DNA of 64,000 nt from Mobula hypostoma (Eukaryota), in assembly GCF_963921235.1 (NCBI RefSeq), contig NC_086097.1, positions 99,636,001 to 99,700,000 of the forward strand, given 5' to 3'. The notes beneath the pieces are model-generated. The model ran no database searches. It worked only from the letters and a program-made list of their open reading frames with translations, and had not been told where the DNA came from. Both the position numbers and the translations under genes were made by a program. Below are positions 25,751 to 39,049 of the stretch, one piece after another. Position 1 is the stretch's first letter. Every line of letters starts with the position of its first letter.

Positions 25751-28534
25751 TGGATATCCAATTTTAGGAAAACTTTAAATACTTGTGAGAAAAGTAAAAA
25801 TCTACCAAATAGTTTCAATGAGAAACTACTTGTATGGATGTAATGGAAAAGTTTGTGAAGAAATCGATCAGAGGTATTAGAAAGAAAGGTTTAGACAACT
25901 TTGGTTAAGAGTCAAGCCAGTCTACATATCTTGAAAGTAAAATGGCAAGAAAAAGTGAAATGGAATACGATGTCAGATATCCTAGAGGACATGGATTTGA
26001 CTCAATTCAATAGCTCATCTGCAATTTTTCAAATTCAGTTATAATTTTCAAATGGGAGCTGAAGAAACATCTGAAAGGAATGCATTTCAGAAAAGGAAGA
26101 AAGAGGTTTGGACTAGGTAGATTTCTCTTACACAACTGATGCAGACCCCACAGTTTGAATGGTCACATTCCCTGACGGAATCTTTCTGTAAGACAAGATA
26201 TTTCTGATCAAAGTGGTTGGCAAGCCCAAATTAGTTTGGTTAATGTACATATCGGGCAAATGCTGGCCCTTAGGATAATATAAAGATGAAAATAAGATGA
26301 GTGAACTTATAGATCCCAAGGGGCAGTAGTAATAATCCAAAGGTGGATCAATGGAAAAACAAAGAGCTGGCCAAGACCACTCCCAATCATTTGGCCAGTA
26401 AAGAAAAAGATGAATGTAGAATACTTCAGCAGCCACAGCCACTCAAGATGTCCTTTTTACTTGATAAAGACCACTTCAATGCTTGATAGGAGGCAAAATT
26501 TAATTGGAGTTCAAATATATATTAGAGACTAATTAAAACATCACAAAAATTCGAGTTTGGAAAGAATATGGACAGTTGGCAAGGTATGCAGAGAGCCTTG
26601 AAGGAAGTCTGTCCTGTCTTAAAGTGCTCAGATATCAGAGAAAGCTGTAGTGCCAACTGAAGAGTTCACACATTACAGTTATTGACGGGTCTGACTCATC
26701 ATAATTCCTACTCCTCATGCATTGACTCTATTTCCTTCAAAACTGTCACCACTAACAACCTCATTTAAAAAAATTCGTATTGATACCTTTCCATCTCCAA
26801 TTTCCTACTCTTCTTGAATGTTTGCAGAACATGTCCAAAACAAAATGGCTTAATCACTTGGGACAAAGACATCAGAGAGTTAACAGCATTTACAAAGTAC
26901 ATAACATTCTTGGCCTTGACAGTAATAGAGGTTGTACTATTAGTTCTTCAACTAAGTTACTTGAATGTTTTTCTTTTCCCCTGGGAAAGCAACAATTTTG
27001 CAAAATTGTGAAGAAACTTGCCCTGGACAGACCTAACTGGAGGAATGAAATTATCTCAGACTTTCACTATCATCCTTAACCTTGTCCATTCCTTTTGAAT
27101 TTTCTCCCACGGCCTCAAATAGTGTGTAAATAATTCTCCATTATGCATCATTCTGAATGCTAAAACATTTTTGTAATAGCAAGCCTTATCGAGACAGAAA
27201 TACAATGTGGCAAACTTCTGGCTATTGCTCTACTCAAATTCTCCCATTCAGAATATTGTTAATAAATGAATTATCAATAGATTTTGATGTTAGTAATCTA
27301 ATCACTCAGTTCCAATATTTTAGCAGTATATTTCAAATTTCCAAATGTAAATGAAAATGTTTCGATTTGGGTTGGACTTTATTCCTCAGTTTGACTTACT
27401 GTGTCAGCTACTTTGTAACTAAATTATTCTGCCAAAAATATACATTTCTTCTTTTCAAAATAAATACAGAAGTTATTAAATAACAGAAATTGCTGTAAAT
27501 AGTGGAAATATTAAATGCCGAAAATAGTCAGGCCAGGTAACATATCTATGAAGCAAGAAACAGTTAACCTTGCTCATAAGTCATTGATCTGAAACATTAT
27601 CTGTGGAGTAAGGAACGGATACACTTAAACTACTATGTTTTCCATTTATTTTCTGATCTTACATGATGATTGATAAGGCATTTACCATTATGAAATGACG
27701 GAAACGATAACAGCAGTCAGGTAATTATAGCATAAACAATTGTACGGACTACTTGGGACCAATGGCTCTTCTGCATTGTACAGCTGTGAACTTCGTCAGT
27801 GCATAAATTACTTTTCAGTGAACCTTTCCCCTTTGTAACCAGTTCCACTGTACTTTTGATGTTCCACAGACATGAAACTGCATCTAACATCTGGTGTCCA
27901 TGGGTATCCTTGCTCCTGTAGGTCTGCTGGGCAAACTTCCCCTCCACCACCATGATCAATGAACATTACCAATTATTTTACTTGTGCATGATTTACGTCT
28001 TTGCACCGTACTGCTCTGGCAAAACAACAAATTTCACATAGTGATAATAAACCTGATTCTGAAATATTCTGCACAACTTAGTCAAAGGTTGGGACACCCC
28101 TTGGTACAATGGACTCGAAGGGAAATTCAAATATTGGATCTGTTGAGTTTTAACCTTCAGGAAACTCCTCACACTGAAGAAAAATTGAAGACAACACTTG
28201 AAGAACATACAGATCAGTTGCTGCTACCCAAGGACAAACCAACAATTCTGTTTCCCAAGTTAAACTAAGCCTTGAGATTTTTTCATGGAATAAATATTCA
28301 TCAAGAAGTGGCTAAGCTGTTAAATTCATGTTTAATATCATATAATCAATATAATTAATATCAGAAAAAGACTCGTGACCTGGGCTCGAGTAATATAGTA
28401 AAAGAATAACAGACATTTAGTTTATTATAAATTCTGTTATGGAACCAAACAGGGCATACAGTTATTCCAAAAAAACATTAAATATACCAAGAACAAAACA
28501 GAAAAAATACAAGAGCATAGAATTGTTCAAATCA

Positions 28535-28540
28535 TTTATT
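28535..28540 (-). terminator. Candidate polyadenylation signal of OIP5 (AATAAA)
   Basis: tttatt on + about 390 nt past the stop codon, followed on - by T/G-rich sequence. A second AATAAA is at 28421-28426. Confidence 0.55.
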
Positions 28541-28926
28541 GCACAGCTTGTTTACTGTCATATATTGTAATTTAAACTAGACCAATTTTTTAAGCAGTTT
28601 GCTCGCTAATTTGAACAGTGTTAAACAAAGCAAAAACCTTTGCAATCAGAACATAATCTGAGTTATTAGAATTCTGTTTGGGCAACATTTCGGGCACAGT
28701 CTAATCCAAATGCAACAAATGTGGGTGGCATCATGGAGGGTGGGGGGAGGTGCTCACATGCAATTAAAAGGTAGTACTGCTTTCTTCACTGGTTGGGTTT
28801 TGATTCACAAGGCCAGAATTCCTTCGAGAAGGTGAAATTTCCTTTCCAATACCATCGAGAGCTCCAGTCAAGAGTGACTTAATTAACAGTGCCACTACCT
28901 CCCACAGTCCAAACTGGAACAGAACC

Positions 28927-29073
28927 CTAAACCCAACAGTTCATCTCTGGTTTATCCTCGTGTTTCAAGACAAAGGTGCTAGACCCGAGCCCACCCTCCT
29001 CCCCAACCAACTCATCCAGCATCTTCATTGCAGCCATCAGACGATAGTGTGTCTCGACAATCTGCCTTTTCAG
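28927..29073 (-). CDS. OIP5: OIP5/Mis18-beta terminal coding exon (C-terminal helix)
   Basis: tctctaacttctAG then LKRQIVETHYRLMAAMKMLDELVGEEGGLGSSTFVLKHEDKPEMNCWV* (TAG at 28929-28927). Resembles OIP5 LKEKIVLTHNRL. Confidence 0.9.
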   Translation of the reverse strand: MKRQIVETHYRLMAAMKMLDELVGEEGGLGSSTFVLKHEDKPEMNCWV

Positions 29074-29282
29074 CTAGAAGTTAGAGAGAAACGAGTCAGA
29101 ATGGAGTGCAATTCACAGAAAGAAACCAGGCTGGTGTGGGCAAGGTGAAAACATACAGCTCTTTAGATATCCAAAAAGCAACTCAGGGCTAAATAGTAAT
29201 CCAATTCATAGGCAATCCTAGCTCCACCCTCCAGCCTTTCTTCCTTCAGATTTAGGACAGAAGTTATTGAAATGAACATTAC

Positions 29283-29364
29283 CTCTCCTATGTATGGGGT
29301 TAAGCTCTGTGGTCCAAGTTTCAGGGCTGAGGCTTCCATGAAAGAATCGCTCTGCAACATGTAG
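29283..29364 (-). CDS. OIP5: OIP5/Mis18-beta exon 5
   Basis: actttcAG ... GAG|GTAATG, 82 nt, phase 2 to 0. YMLQSDSFMEASALKLGPQSLTPYIGE. Confidence 0.9.
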
Positions 29365-30169
29365 CTGAAAGTTAACACAGTTACAGTGAATTTGCAGACT
29401 TGTTTCTAAGAATAAACATACTTTAATTCACTTCCAAGATATGCAAAATCACTCCAACAATCATTCTTTTTGAAACATTAGAACTGTTAGATGGGTAGTC
29501 AAAACAAGCAAAGAAAAGTTACAAAGAGCAAATAATTTACAGTTTGTATGCTCTGTCATGATGATAGGTGGGAAAGGAACATTATAACTCTTTCCACTTA
29601 ATTGCTATAAGGTTTCTACAAATGGCCAAGAATGCAGTTAGGCTTTTATTTCTGCATTGAATTTAATATGTTAACCCAAAGAATGATGCTCCAGGTAGTG
29701 CAGTTCCCTGACTATTGTACTGAAAGATTAGATTGTGTTCAAGTCTCATTTTATTGTTGGAACACACAAACTACGATAAAGGTAATGCTAATATCCCAGC
29801 TAGATCAATTCTCAATCCTTAAAGTTGGTCAACAAACATTTTTAAAAAATGCTGAGGCACAAGCCTGATTTACACCAGCTGTAACAGTACAATGTTAACA
29901 GAAAAAAAAGCGGTACCATATCTTCATCCCCACTGCCAACAAAGAATTAAAAATTCAACTAAAAATGAAGAATCAATCACATGGGAAGAGAAAATTCAAA
30001 GACAAATGCTTAGAAGTACTGTACACAAATGAAAGCTCCTTGACATGGTAAACAGTTCCCCCACCACACTTCTTGCACGCGTCAATAAGTATTTCAACTG
30101 ATAGGTAACTAGGAACAAAAATTTAAGTGGTAGAAAAAGGACTGCATGGGCATAAGGAAAGACAAAATA

Positions 30170-30780
30170 TGAGGTATCGAGAGCTGAAGAAAATCACTAG
30201 ATGCAATTTAGACTCTCCAACCCTTGATAAGAAACTAACTACCCTATTTAATCCCCTCAACTTTATAAGTGTCTATAAGGTCACCCTTCAGCCTCCAGCA
30301 CTCCAATAAGAATAATTCCAACCTAAACAATCTTTCCTTGTAAGCCCCCAATTCCTGATGATTTTCTTCTGCACTCTCTCCACACAACCACATCCTTTCT
30401 GATCATTTGGTGATCACAACTGCAGTCAACATTCAAGTGTGGCCTAACCATTGCCTTTTATACAGCAGCAACAGAATGTTCCATTTATACTCAATACTGC
30501 TACCCATGAAGGCAAGCAAGCTAAACAGCTTCATTACCCTATGCACCTGGGTCACCACTTTCGGGGAGCTATAAACTTGCACTCCAGTGCTTGGAAGGTC
30601 CCTGCTATTTCCTGTACGTATCCAACCAGTATTAGACAATCGAAAATGCATTACTTCACATTTGTCTGGATTAAATTCCACTTGCCACTGCTCTGTTCAA
30701 CTTTTCAGCTGATCTCTGTCCCTCTGAAGAGCTATCCTCACAGGCCACAACTCCACCAATCCTTGTGTCATCAGTAAATT
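30170..30780 (-). mobile_element. Old CR1 fragment in OIP5 intron 4
   Basis: MEFNPDKCEVMHF in ORF 30433-30681. Confidence 0.7.
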
Positions 30781-31641
30781 CACTTATCAAAGTATTGTAC
30801 ATTTATCAATGTATACAGTATACAACCTTGATACTCGTCTTCTTGCAGACAGTCACTAAGAAACACAAGGAACCTGTTTAAATAAAAACCACACACAAGA
30901 CCAAACACCCAATATGTGAAAAAAGAACAAATGCAAACAATAAAAAGCAAAGAAATAGCATTAACCACAGAGTCCCCTGAAGTAAGTCAACAGCCACAAA
31001 GCCGCCGATGCAAGTGAAGTTGGTGCAGCAGCCCAATGGCTGCAAGCCACAGCCGTGGAATCAGTCCAGCTCAGTGTCAACAGTTGTAGGTCACAGCTGC
31101 AGATTCAGTTCACTGCTGAAGCACCTCATTCAAGTCACGCAAATAGCAAAAAATAAGTAGTAAAAACAAAAATACATGGGACTTGAACTTCAGTGTCCCC
31201 GAAAGTGAGTCCATAGCCGTGGACCATAGACATTTAACAGTACAATAGGATGAACTCTTGACCTCAGTCTACCTGATCATGGCCCTTGCACCTGATTGTC
31301 TACCTGCACTGCACTTTCTTTGTAACTGACAGCTTTATTCTGCATTCTGTTATTGCCTGCCCTTTATACTACCTTACTGCTGTGTCGGAATGATCTATAT
31401 GGATGGTGTACAAAACAAAATTTTTCACTGTATCTTGGCACATGTGACAATAACAAACCAATTAAATATTAGGTGACGTAATTGCTTTCCGTGCCAGCAG
31501 TTAGAGATAGAAAAAGGACAAAATAACACGTGGGGATTGTGTGATGCAGAACTTACTAGAAATTTTGCTAGAAATCAAAGACAAAAGAGGAACATGTACT
31601 GTTCAAATGTATGCATGGGTATCAGGCTGTTTTCTACTCAC

Positions 31642-31764
31642 CAGTGCAACATTTCCTTGTCCAAACAGTACAGTCCACGCAGGTGAGAGTACAGATCTGT
31701 TGTAGAGATAGGTACAACACCCACGTTGACGCTACAGAAACTGCAGTACAGGGACTTGTAAAGA
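31642..31764 (-). CDS. OIP5: OIP5/Mis18-beta exon 4 (second CxxC)
   Basis: tttgtttgtAG ... TG|GTGAGT, 123 nt, phase 2 to 2. LYKSLYCSFCSVNVGVVPISTTDLYSHLRGLYCLDKEMLH(C). Confidence 0.93.
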
Positions 31765-34700
31765 CTACAAACAAAAAAAACACACAGGAATGCAAAGAAA
31801 ACCCTTTAACAATACATTGCTGATTAATAGACACGCAGTAGTTAAGTCCCATTTCAGTTCACTCCAACCACAACCCATAAAATATTTATATACGATTTCA
31901 AACTTTAACATCAGAAAATTATGCTGATATTATTACAGCAACAAATATAATTCTGAAGCAAATACCAATTAGAAATTCAATTTCTTCCCCCATTAAACAC
32001 CTTTTCCTTTAAATCATATATAGAAATTGGTCCAGGCTACTTTAATGGTTAGAAGTCTTATAACAACTCACACTCCTTCAAAATCTTTCAACATTTTTCA
32101 CATTGAATCTTTCTAGCATCTATTTGGAATATCAAAACTTCAAAAAAATTTATTCAGGCACAATTTCACCTTTTGAAACAATAAGGAGGGATTTTCAAAT
32201 CTGTTTTTACTTTTTAGTTCTCCAATTCTACTGATAAATGAAAGGGTAATGAACCTTTGACTTTGGAAAATATATTTTTAAAATGTTTGTTTCCAATCCA
32301 GTGAGGACCTCTTAATTCACTGTCTCATTCAAACTCCTAGATTTATAGCTTTTACTCATTCTTTTGAATTGATTTTCCCACTCTGCCTGAACCCCTGTTC
32401 AGGATTGAATACACACATTGCTTCATCTTTCCTTTAGATTTTACCTTTGTTTTGTGAAATTCCAGTTTACTTCATCTACAATAATGGAACAAGCCAAGCT
32501 CAAATATAAAATTTAAAGTATTCGGTGTAAAATCCGAGTCATAAAGTAATTGACTATGGACTATGCCATGTCCACTTGTTACCTGCCTACTCTCATCCCA
32601 TTTCATTTAACTCTATCATCACATTACTATCATAGTACAGAAATAGGACCACTATTCCAACTCCAATACTTGTACATCCCATCTGCCCACATTAGGCCAC
32701 TATCCCTCTATGTTGTTTTTTTCCAAGTATCTGTCCAAACACATTTCTATCTGCTTAGCCACTTTCCTTGGATACTCATTCCAGATATTCACCATCCTGT
32801 GTGTGGATAAACTTACCCCTCAGATCTCCTTTAAATTTTGCCACTCAAATTAAATCCATGCTCTCTAGTTCTAGATTTCCCTTTCCTCAGAAAAATTATT
32901 CTGATTATTTATTTTTTCAAGACAGCTCATAATTTTATAAACCTTTATGAAATCACCCCCCAGACCCTTGTCCAATGAAATAAACACAACTTATTCAATT
33001 ACTCCTTAAAACTACAGACCTCCACTCCAGGCAACATCTTGGTGAATCTCTTCTGCACTTTCTTTATACAACCATATCCTTTATATAGTGTAGCAACCAG
33101 AAATTAAAGGATTCAAAGGTTCATTTATTATCAAAGTATACAACGCTAAGATTCTTCTTCTCCAGATAGCCAAGAAACCAAGAAAAAAAGAGGACAGCAA
33201 CACACTCATCAATCCCCTAACCACCCTCCCCCGCATGAAACACAAAAAGAAAATAGGCATCCAAATACCCCTCTCCCCAGCAAAACTTCCTGCAAAGATA
33301 TTATTCCCCCTCTAATTTAGATGCAACATGTTCTTCTTTTATATTTAACAGCTGCCCCCTTTCCAGTACCAGCTCTTTAACTATCCCATTTTCCAATTTC
33401 TATACACCAGAATGTAACACAGGAAATTACAACTCAGAAGTCCCACTTTTCAACCTTTCTACCCAATTTTCTAAGTTCCCTTTGTACAACTTTGCCTCTC
33501 TTCTTAGTATGTTATTAATATCAATATAGACAATGGTTACTCATCCAACCCTTTCAGAACATCCATGCCTTCTCAGAGACATCCTTGACACTCGCACCAA
33601 GGAAGCGACACACTATATGACAGCCTCTCTCTCAGATATAGAATCACCTGTCTGTTCTATCAAGTCCTTTATCTCCACTGCTCTTCTGGATTTTGTCCTT
33701 CCCTGCACATTCTTCCATTTCTTTCTCCTTACATAGATCTGGCCTTTCTATAACCGCATCTGCATGAATGCCTCAATTACTCCACGTCAAAGTAAATTCC
33801 GTATTCTATTAACTCTTAAGTAAGGAATTTACTTCAATTCCAATTAGATTAACTTGGGACCATCCGTTATCAATGATTTCTAGTTTTGAATGCCCCGGAA
33901 GTAAGATTTTCTCGATATCAATCTTGCAAAGTCCTTCTACCATCTTAAGAGCTTTAGCTGGTTACCCCTCAACTTTTCAAGTTTAACCTCATAGTTCTGG
34001 AATCTCTCTAAGCACCACAATCAAGTGCTTTCTAACCAAGGTTTGTGATATTTGACGTAACTTTCTCCCTTTTTAAACTCTAGCCCTTGGAAATTAATCC
34101 CACTGCATGTACGGAAATCTCTGCTTTTTCTCCTGAATCCTGAAATATATATAAAATGATGTTGCCTCCCATTGATACAAAATTCAAACTCTTATATTTC
34201 CAATAAGGAAATAAGAAAACAGGTGGACTTCGTCACTAGGAAACTAACAAGAGCAAAATTTGAGGAATCACTTGTATTCCAGTCTTTCCAAAATTTTAAT
34301 TTCAAGTTCCCAACTTAACTGACTACCAATGAGCAATTTCTCCAAATGCCCATATCCCTTAGAAATGTGGGCATCTCACATCTGGAATACAGATCTGCAT
34401 ATTTATCCAGTTTTCTTCACCTGGATTTCAACTGGCTAGTGTGGAATATGGGTCTCCCTAAAATCAAATACATGAAAAACAAATAAGGAAACACAAACCA
34501 AAATAGAATACAGACAATGCAGAACCCAAATCCAAGCTTGTACTTCTCGAGAGCTTTCACATATTTTACAAAGAACCAGGAGAGGGAAAACTGCTGCATC
34601 GGAACTCTGACATAATAACGCATTTCAAAACACAAAATTGAGCAAACACGGAACAGTCTGCTCTCCTCTCTCTCTTACACACACACTTTCAAGTAAACTC

Positions 34701-35112
34701 ACATGTGCCAACACTTCACATGATTAAAAGCAAACCATTCACATTTTACTGCAGCTTTTGTATCTGCTTTAAACACTTTCTATGATCTCCAGTGTTGTGT
34801 TACCTTTCATTACCAATTTCTGTATCACATTCATAACCACCATTAAATCAATGCACTGTTTCTTTAGTCCCTTTAATTCACTTACCGTTAAGTCTTTATT
34901 CAGTGCAGTCTATTCCTTCTCCACTACAACATCCAGTAGGGTTCAAACCTTACATAATGTTACTTGATTGTTATTGTAATTTTTGATGGAGTTTTGTTGA
35001 TTAATGAGCAATCAACTACTACTGTTTCTTTTTGACTAACAATAATTTAGTGCATCCTAAATATTGGATCAACCCTTCCATACATCCCTGATACTATACT
35101 TTAACTTTTACC

Positions 35113-35425
35113 GACTCAACCCATGCACTTCGAGTACTGTGCTCAATTCTGATTGCCTCACTACAGGAAGGATGTGGAAACCATAGAAAGGGTGTAGAGG
35201 AGATTTACAAGGATGTTGCCTGGATTGGGGAGCATGCCTTATGAGACTAGGTTGAGTGACCTCGGCCTTTTCTCCTTGGAGTGATGGAGGATGAGTGGTG
35301 ACCTGATAGAGGTGTGCAAGAAAATGAGAGGCATTGATCATGTGGATAGTCACAGGCTTTTCCCCAGGGCTGAAATGGCTAGCACGAGAGGGCATATTTT
35401 TAAGGTGCTTGGAAGTAGATACAGA
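35113..35425 (+). mobile_element. CR1 RT C-terminal fragment lacking its 3' end
   Basis: gagtactgtgctcaattctg (EYCAQF) ... GDLIEV ... TRGHIFKVLGSRYR, then an abrupt end. Confidence 0.85.
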
Positions 35426-37896
35426 CATAAAAACATAGAAAACCTACAGCACAATACAGACCCTTCAGCCCACAAAGCTGTGCCGAACATGTCCTTAGCT
35501 TAGAATGACCTAGGCTTACTCATGGTCCTCTATTTTTCAAAGCTCCAAGTACCTATCCAGGAGTCTCTTAAAAGACCCTATCGTTTCCGCGTCCACCACC
35601 GTCACCAGCAGCCCATTCCACGCACTCACCTGCGTAAAAAACGTACCCCTGACATCTCCTCTGTACCTACTTCTAAGCACCTTAAAACTATGGCCTCTCA
35701 TGCTAGCCATTTCAGCCCTGGGAAACAGCCTCTGACTATCCACATGATCAATGCCTCTCATTATCTTGTACACCTCTATCAGGTCACCTCTCGTTCCCCG
35801 TCACTCCAAGGAGAAAAGGCCGAGTTCACTCAACCTATTCTCATAAGGCATGCTCCCCAATCCAGGCAACATCCTTGTAAATCTCCTCTGCACCCTTTCT
35901 ATGGGTTTCCACATCCTTCCTGTACTGAGGCAACCAGAATTGAGCACAATACTCCAAGTGGGGTCTGACCAGGGTCCTATATAAGCTGCAACATTACCCC
36001 TCGGCTCTTAAACCCAGTCCCACGGTTGATGAAGGTGAATGCACCATAATGCCTTCTTAACTACAGAGTCAGCCTGTGTAGAGTTTTGAGTGCCCTATGG
36101 ACTCAGACCCCAAATTCCCTCTGATCCTCCACACTGCCAGGAGTCTTACCATTAATGCTGTATTCTGCCATCATATTTGACCTACCAAAATGAACCACCT
36201 CACACTTATCTGGGTTGAACCCCATCTGCCACTTCTCAGCTCAGTTTTGCATCCTATCAATGTCTCACTGTAACCTCTGACAGCCCTCCACACTATCCAC
36301 AACACCCCTAATATTTGTGTCATCAGCAAATTTACTAACCCATCCCTCCACTTCCTCATCCAGGTCATTTATAAAAATCACAAAGAGTAGGAGTTCCAGA
36401 ACAGATCCCTGAGGGACACCACTGGTCACCGACCTCCATGCAGAATATGACCCATCTTTGCCTTCTGTGGGCAAGCCAGTTCCGGATCCACAAAGCAATG
36501 TCCCCTCGGATCCCATGCCTCCTTACTTTCTCAATAAGCCTTTCATGGGGCACCTTATCAAATGCCTTGCTAAAATCCATATACACTACATCTACGGCTC
36601 TACCTTCATCAATGTGTTTAGTCACATCCTCAAAAAATTCAATCAAGCTCGTAAGGCATGACCTGCCTTTGACAAAGCCATGCTGACTATTCCTAATCAT
36701 ATTATGCCTCTCCAAAAGTTCATATATCCTGCCTCTCAGGATGTTCTCCATCAATTTACCAACTATGAAGTAAGACTCACTGGCCTATAATTTCCTGGGC
36801 TATCTCTACTCCCTTTCTTGAATAAGGGAACAACATCCGCAACCCTCCATCCTCTGGAACATCTCCTGTCCTCAATGATGATGCAAAGATCATCACCATA
36901 GGCTCAGCAATCTCCTCCCTTGCTTCCCACGGTAGCCTGGGGTAAATCCCATCCAGTCCTGGTGACTTATCCAACTTGATGCTTTCCAAAAGCTGTAGCA
37001 CATCCTCTTCCTTAATATCTACATGCTCAAGCTTTTCAGTCCACTGCAAGTCATCCCTACAATCGCCAAGATCCTTTTCTGTAGTGAATACTGAAGCAAG
37101 GTATTCATTAAGTACTTCTGCTATCTCCTCCTGTTCCATACAGACTTTTCCACTGTCACACTTGATAGGTCCTATTCTTTCACGTCTTATCCCCTTGCTC
37201 TTCACATACTTGTAGAATGCCTTGGGGTTTTCCTTAATCCTGTCCGCCAAAGCCTTCTCATGGCCCCTTCTGGCTCTCCTAATTTCATTCTTAAGCTCCT
37301 TCCTGCTAGCCTTATAATCTTCTAGATCTCTATCATTACCTAGTTTTTTAAACCTTTTGTAAGCTCTTCTTTTCTTCTTGACTAGATTTTCAACAGCCTT
37401 TGTACACCACGGTTCCTGTACCCTACCATCCTATCCCTGTCTCATTGGAAAGTACCTATGCAGAACCCCACGCAAATATCCCCTGAACATTTGCCACATT
37501 TTTTCTGTACATTTCCCTGAGAACATCTGTTTCCAATTTATGCTTCCAAGTTCCTGCCTGATAGCCTCATATTTCCCCTTGCTCCAATTAAACGTTTCCC
37601 TAACTTATCTGTTGCTATCCCTCTCCAGTGCTATGGTGAAGGAGATAGAATTGTGATCAGCATCTCCAAAATGCTCTCCCACTGAGAGACCTGACACCTG
37701 ACGGGGTTCATTTCCCAAAACCAAATCAAGTACAGCCTCTCCTCTTGTAGGTTTATCTACATATTGTGTCAAGAAATCTTCCTGAACACACCTAACAAAC
37801 TCCACCCCATTTAAACCCCTCACTCTAGGGAGATGCCAATCAATATTTGGGAAATTAAAATCTCCCACCACAACAACCCTGTTATTATTACATCTT
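35426..37896 (-). mobile_element. CR1 LINE, 5'-truncated ORF2 (same family as 10988-13605)
   Basis: GDFNFPNIDW, DFSKAFDKV, PQGSVL, FADD motifs; tail at 35426. Confidence 0.95.
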
Positions 37897-38840
37897 TGCT
37901 TAGTGTTCCTACAGCCAGCATATAAGAACTGGTGATGCAGCCTCTTACTCTTATGCATCAAAAATCTGGAACACTCTACCTACCAACTGATGAACAACAG
38001 GGTCGTACTATGGAACACATTAAAAAACATAAACCCTATTTTTTTTTAATTTGGCCTACTTATAGGATTACATAATGCCTGTTGATAATATTTATATAAT
38101 TTGGTCTACTTGATTACATTTTATTCTATATAATGTTTGTTCTTACTTGTGATTTTTAATTTTGGCTTGCATTTTTATGACTGCATTGATTTATCTTTAT
38201 AATCCATGTAAAGCATATTAAGCCTGTATTTTAATATACTAAAGATGCTATATAAATAAAATTATGTTTATTAACTGCAAATTAAGCTTCTTAAAAATTG
38301 AACTGACAAGGAGTTATGAAGTAATTTCTTCCAGCATTTCAAATTTCCTCTCCCTGCTTTACAAATAAATGTGAAATTAATATTTTTGATTAATTGCACC
38401 TGAAAGAGCTGCTAATTGGCCCAATTCACATTGCTTTAAAGGGAGAAATTTGCTCTAGACTTGTCTTAAATTCATTGATTAACACAGTATCACCATTGTG
38501 TATATACTTCTTAACTGTACGAAAGCTTTCCTTCCCAATGTCATTAGTATCCTTGAGCAGAATTGGCAACGTTAACCTCAGATTATACGATTTGAACATT
38601 GCTGGCAAGGGCAGGATATACAGTATATCCCAATCCTAAACTTGTGAGCTACCTTCAATTGTGCAGAAGAATTCACTGTCATACTGGGTAGAGAATTCCA
38701 CCTTTAAGAAATGGGTGATCTTGCAGGTATCTTCATTCTCAAAAATCTACTGTCTTTGCCTTTTTAGGTAGTAGGTAGTAGAGACTGCAGCTGAGAGGTG
38801 CTGTTGTAAAAAGCTTTGTGAGTTACTGCAATGTATTTTC

Positions 38841-39009
38841 TTTCTTTTTAAATCTTTTTATTGAATAAGTATACAAAAGGGTAAGCCATATAGGCACTAA
38901 TACACTGTTAGAATATAATAAAATTACGGGAAATATTAATACAGAAAAAAAAGTGATACAAACAATGTAATTTAAACATAACATACTAAGGTAACATAAT
39001 AGTATACTA

Positions 39010-39049
<40 letters not shown>

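Noticed and set aside
28021..28062. AACAACAAATTTCAC resembling the 3' part of the Cyrano miR-7 site
   Set aside because: No GTCTTCCA seed match follows, and the context looks like a LINE 3' tail (aataaacctgattctga).
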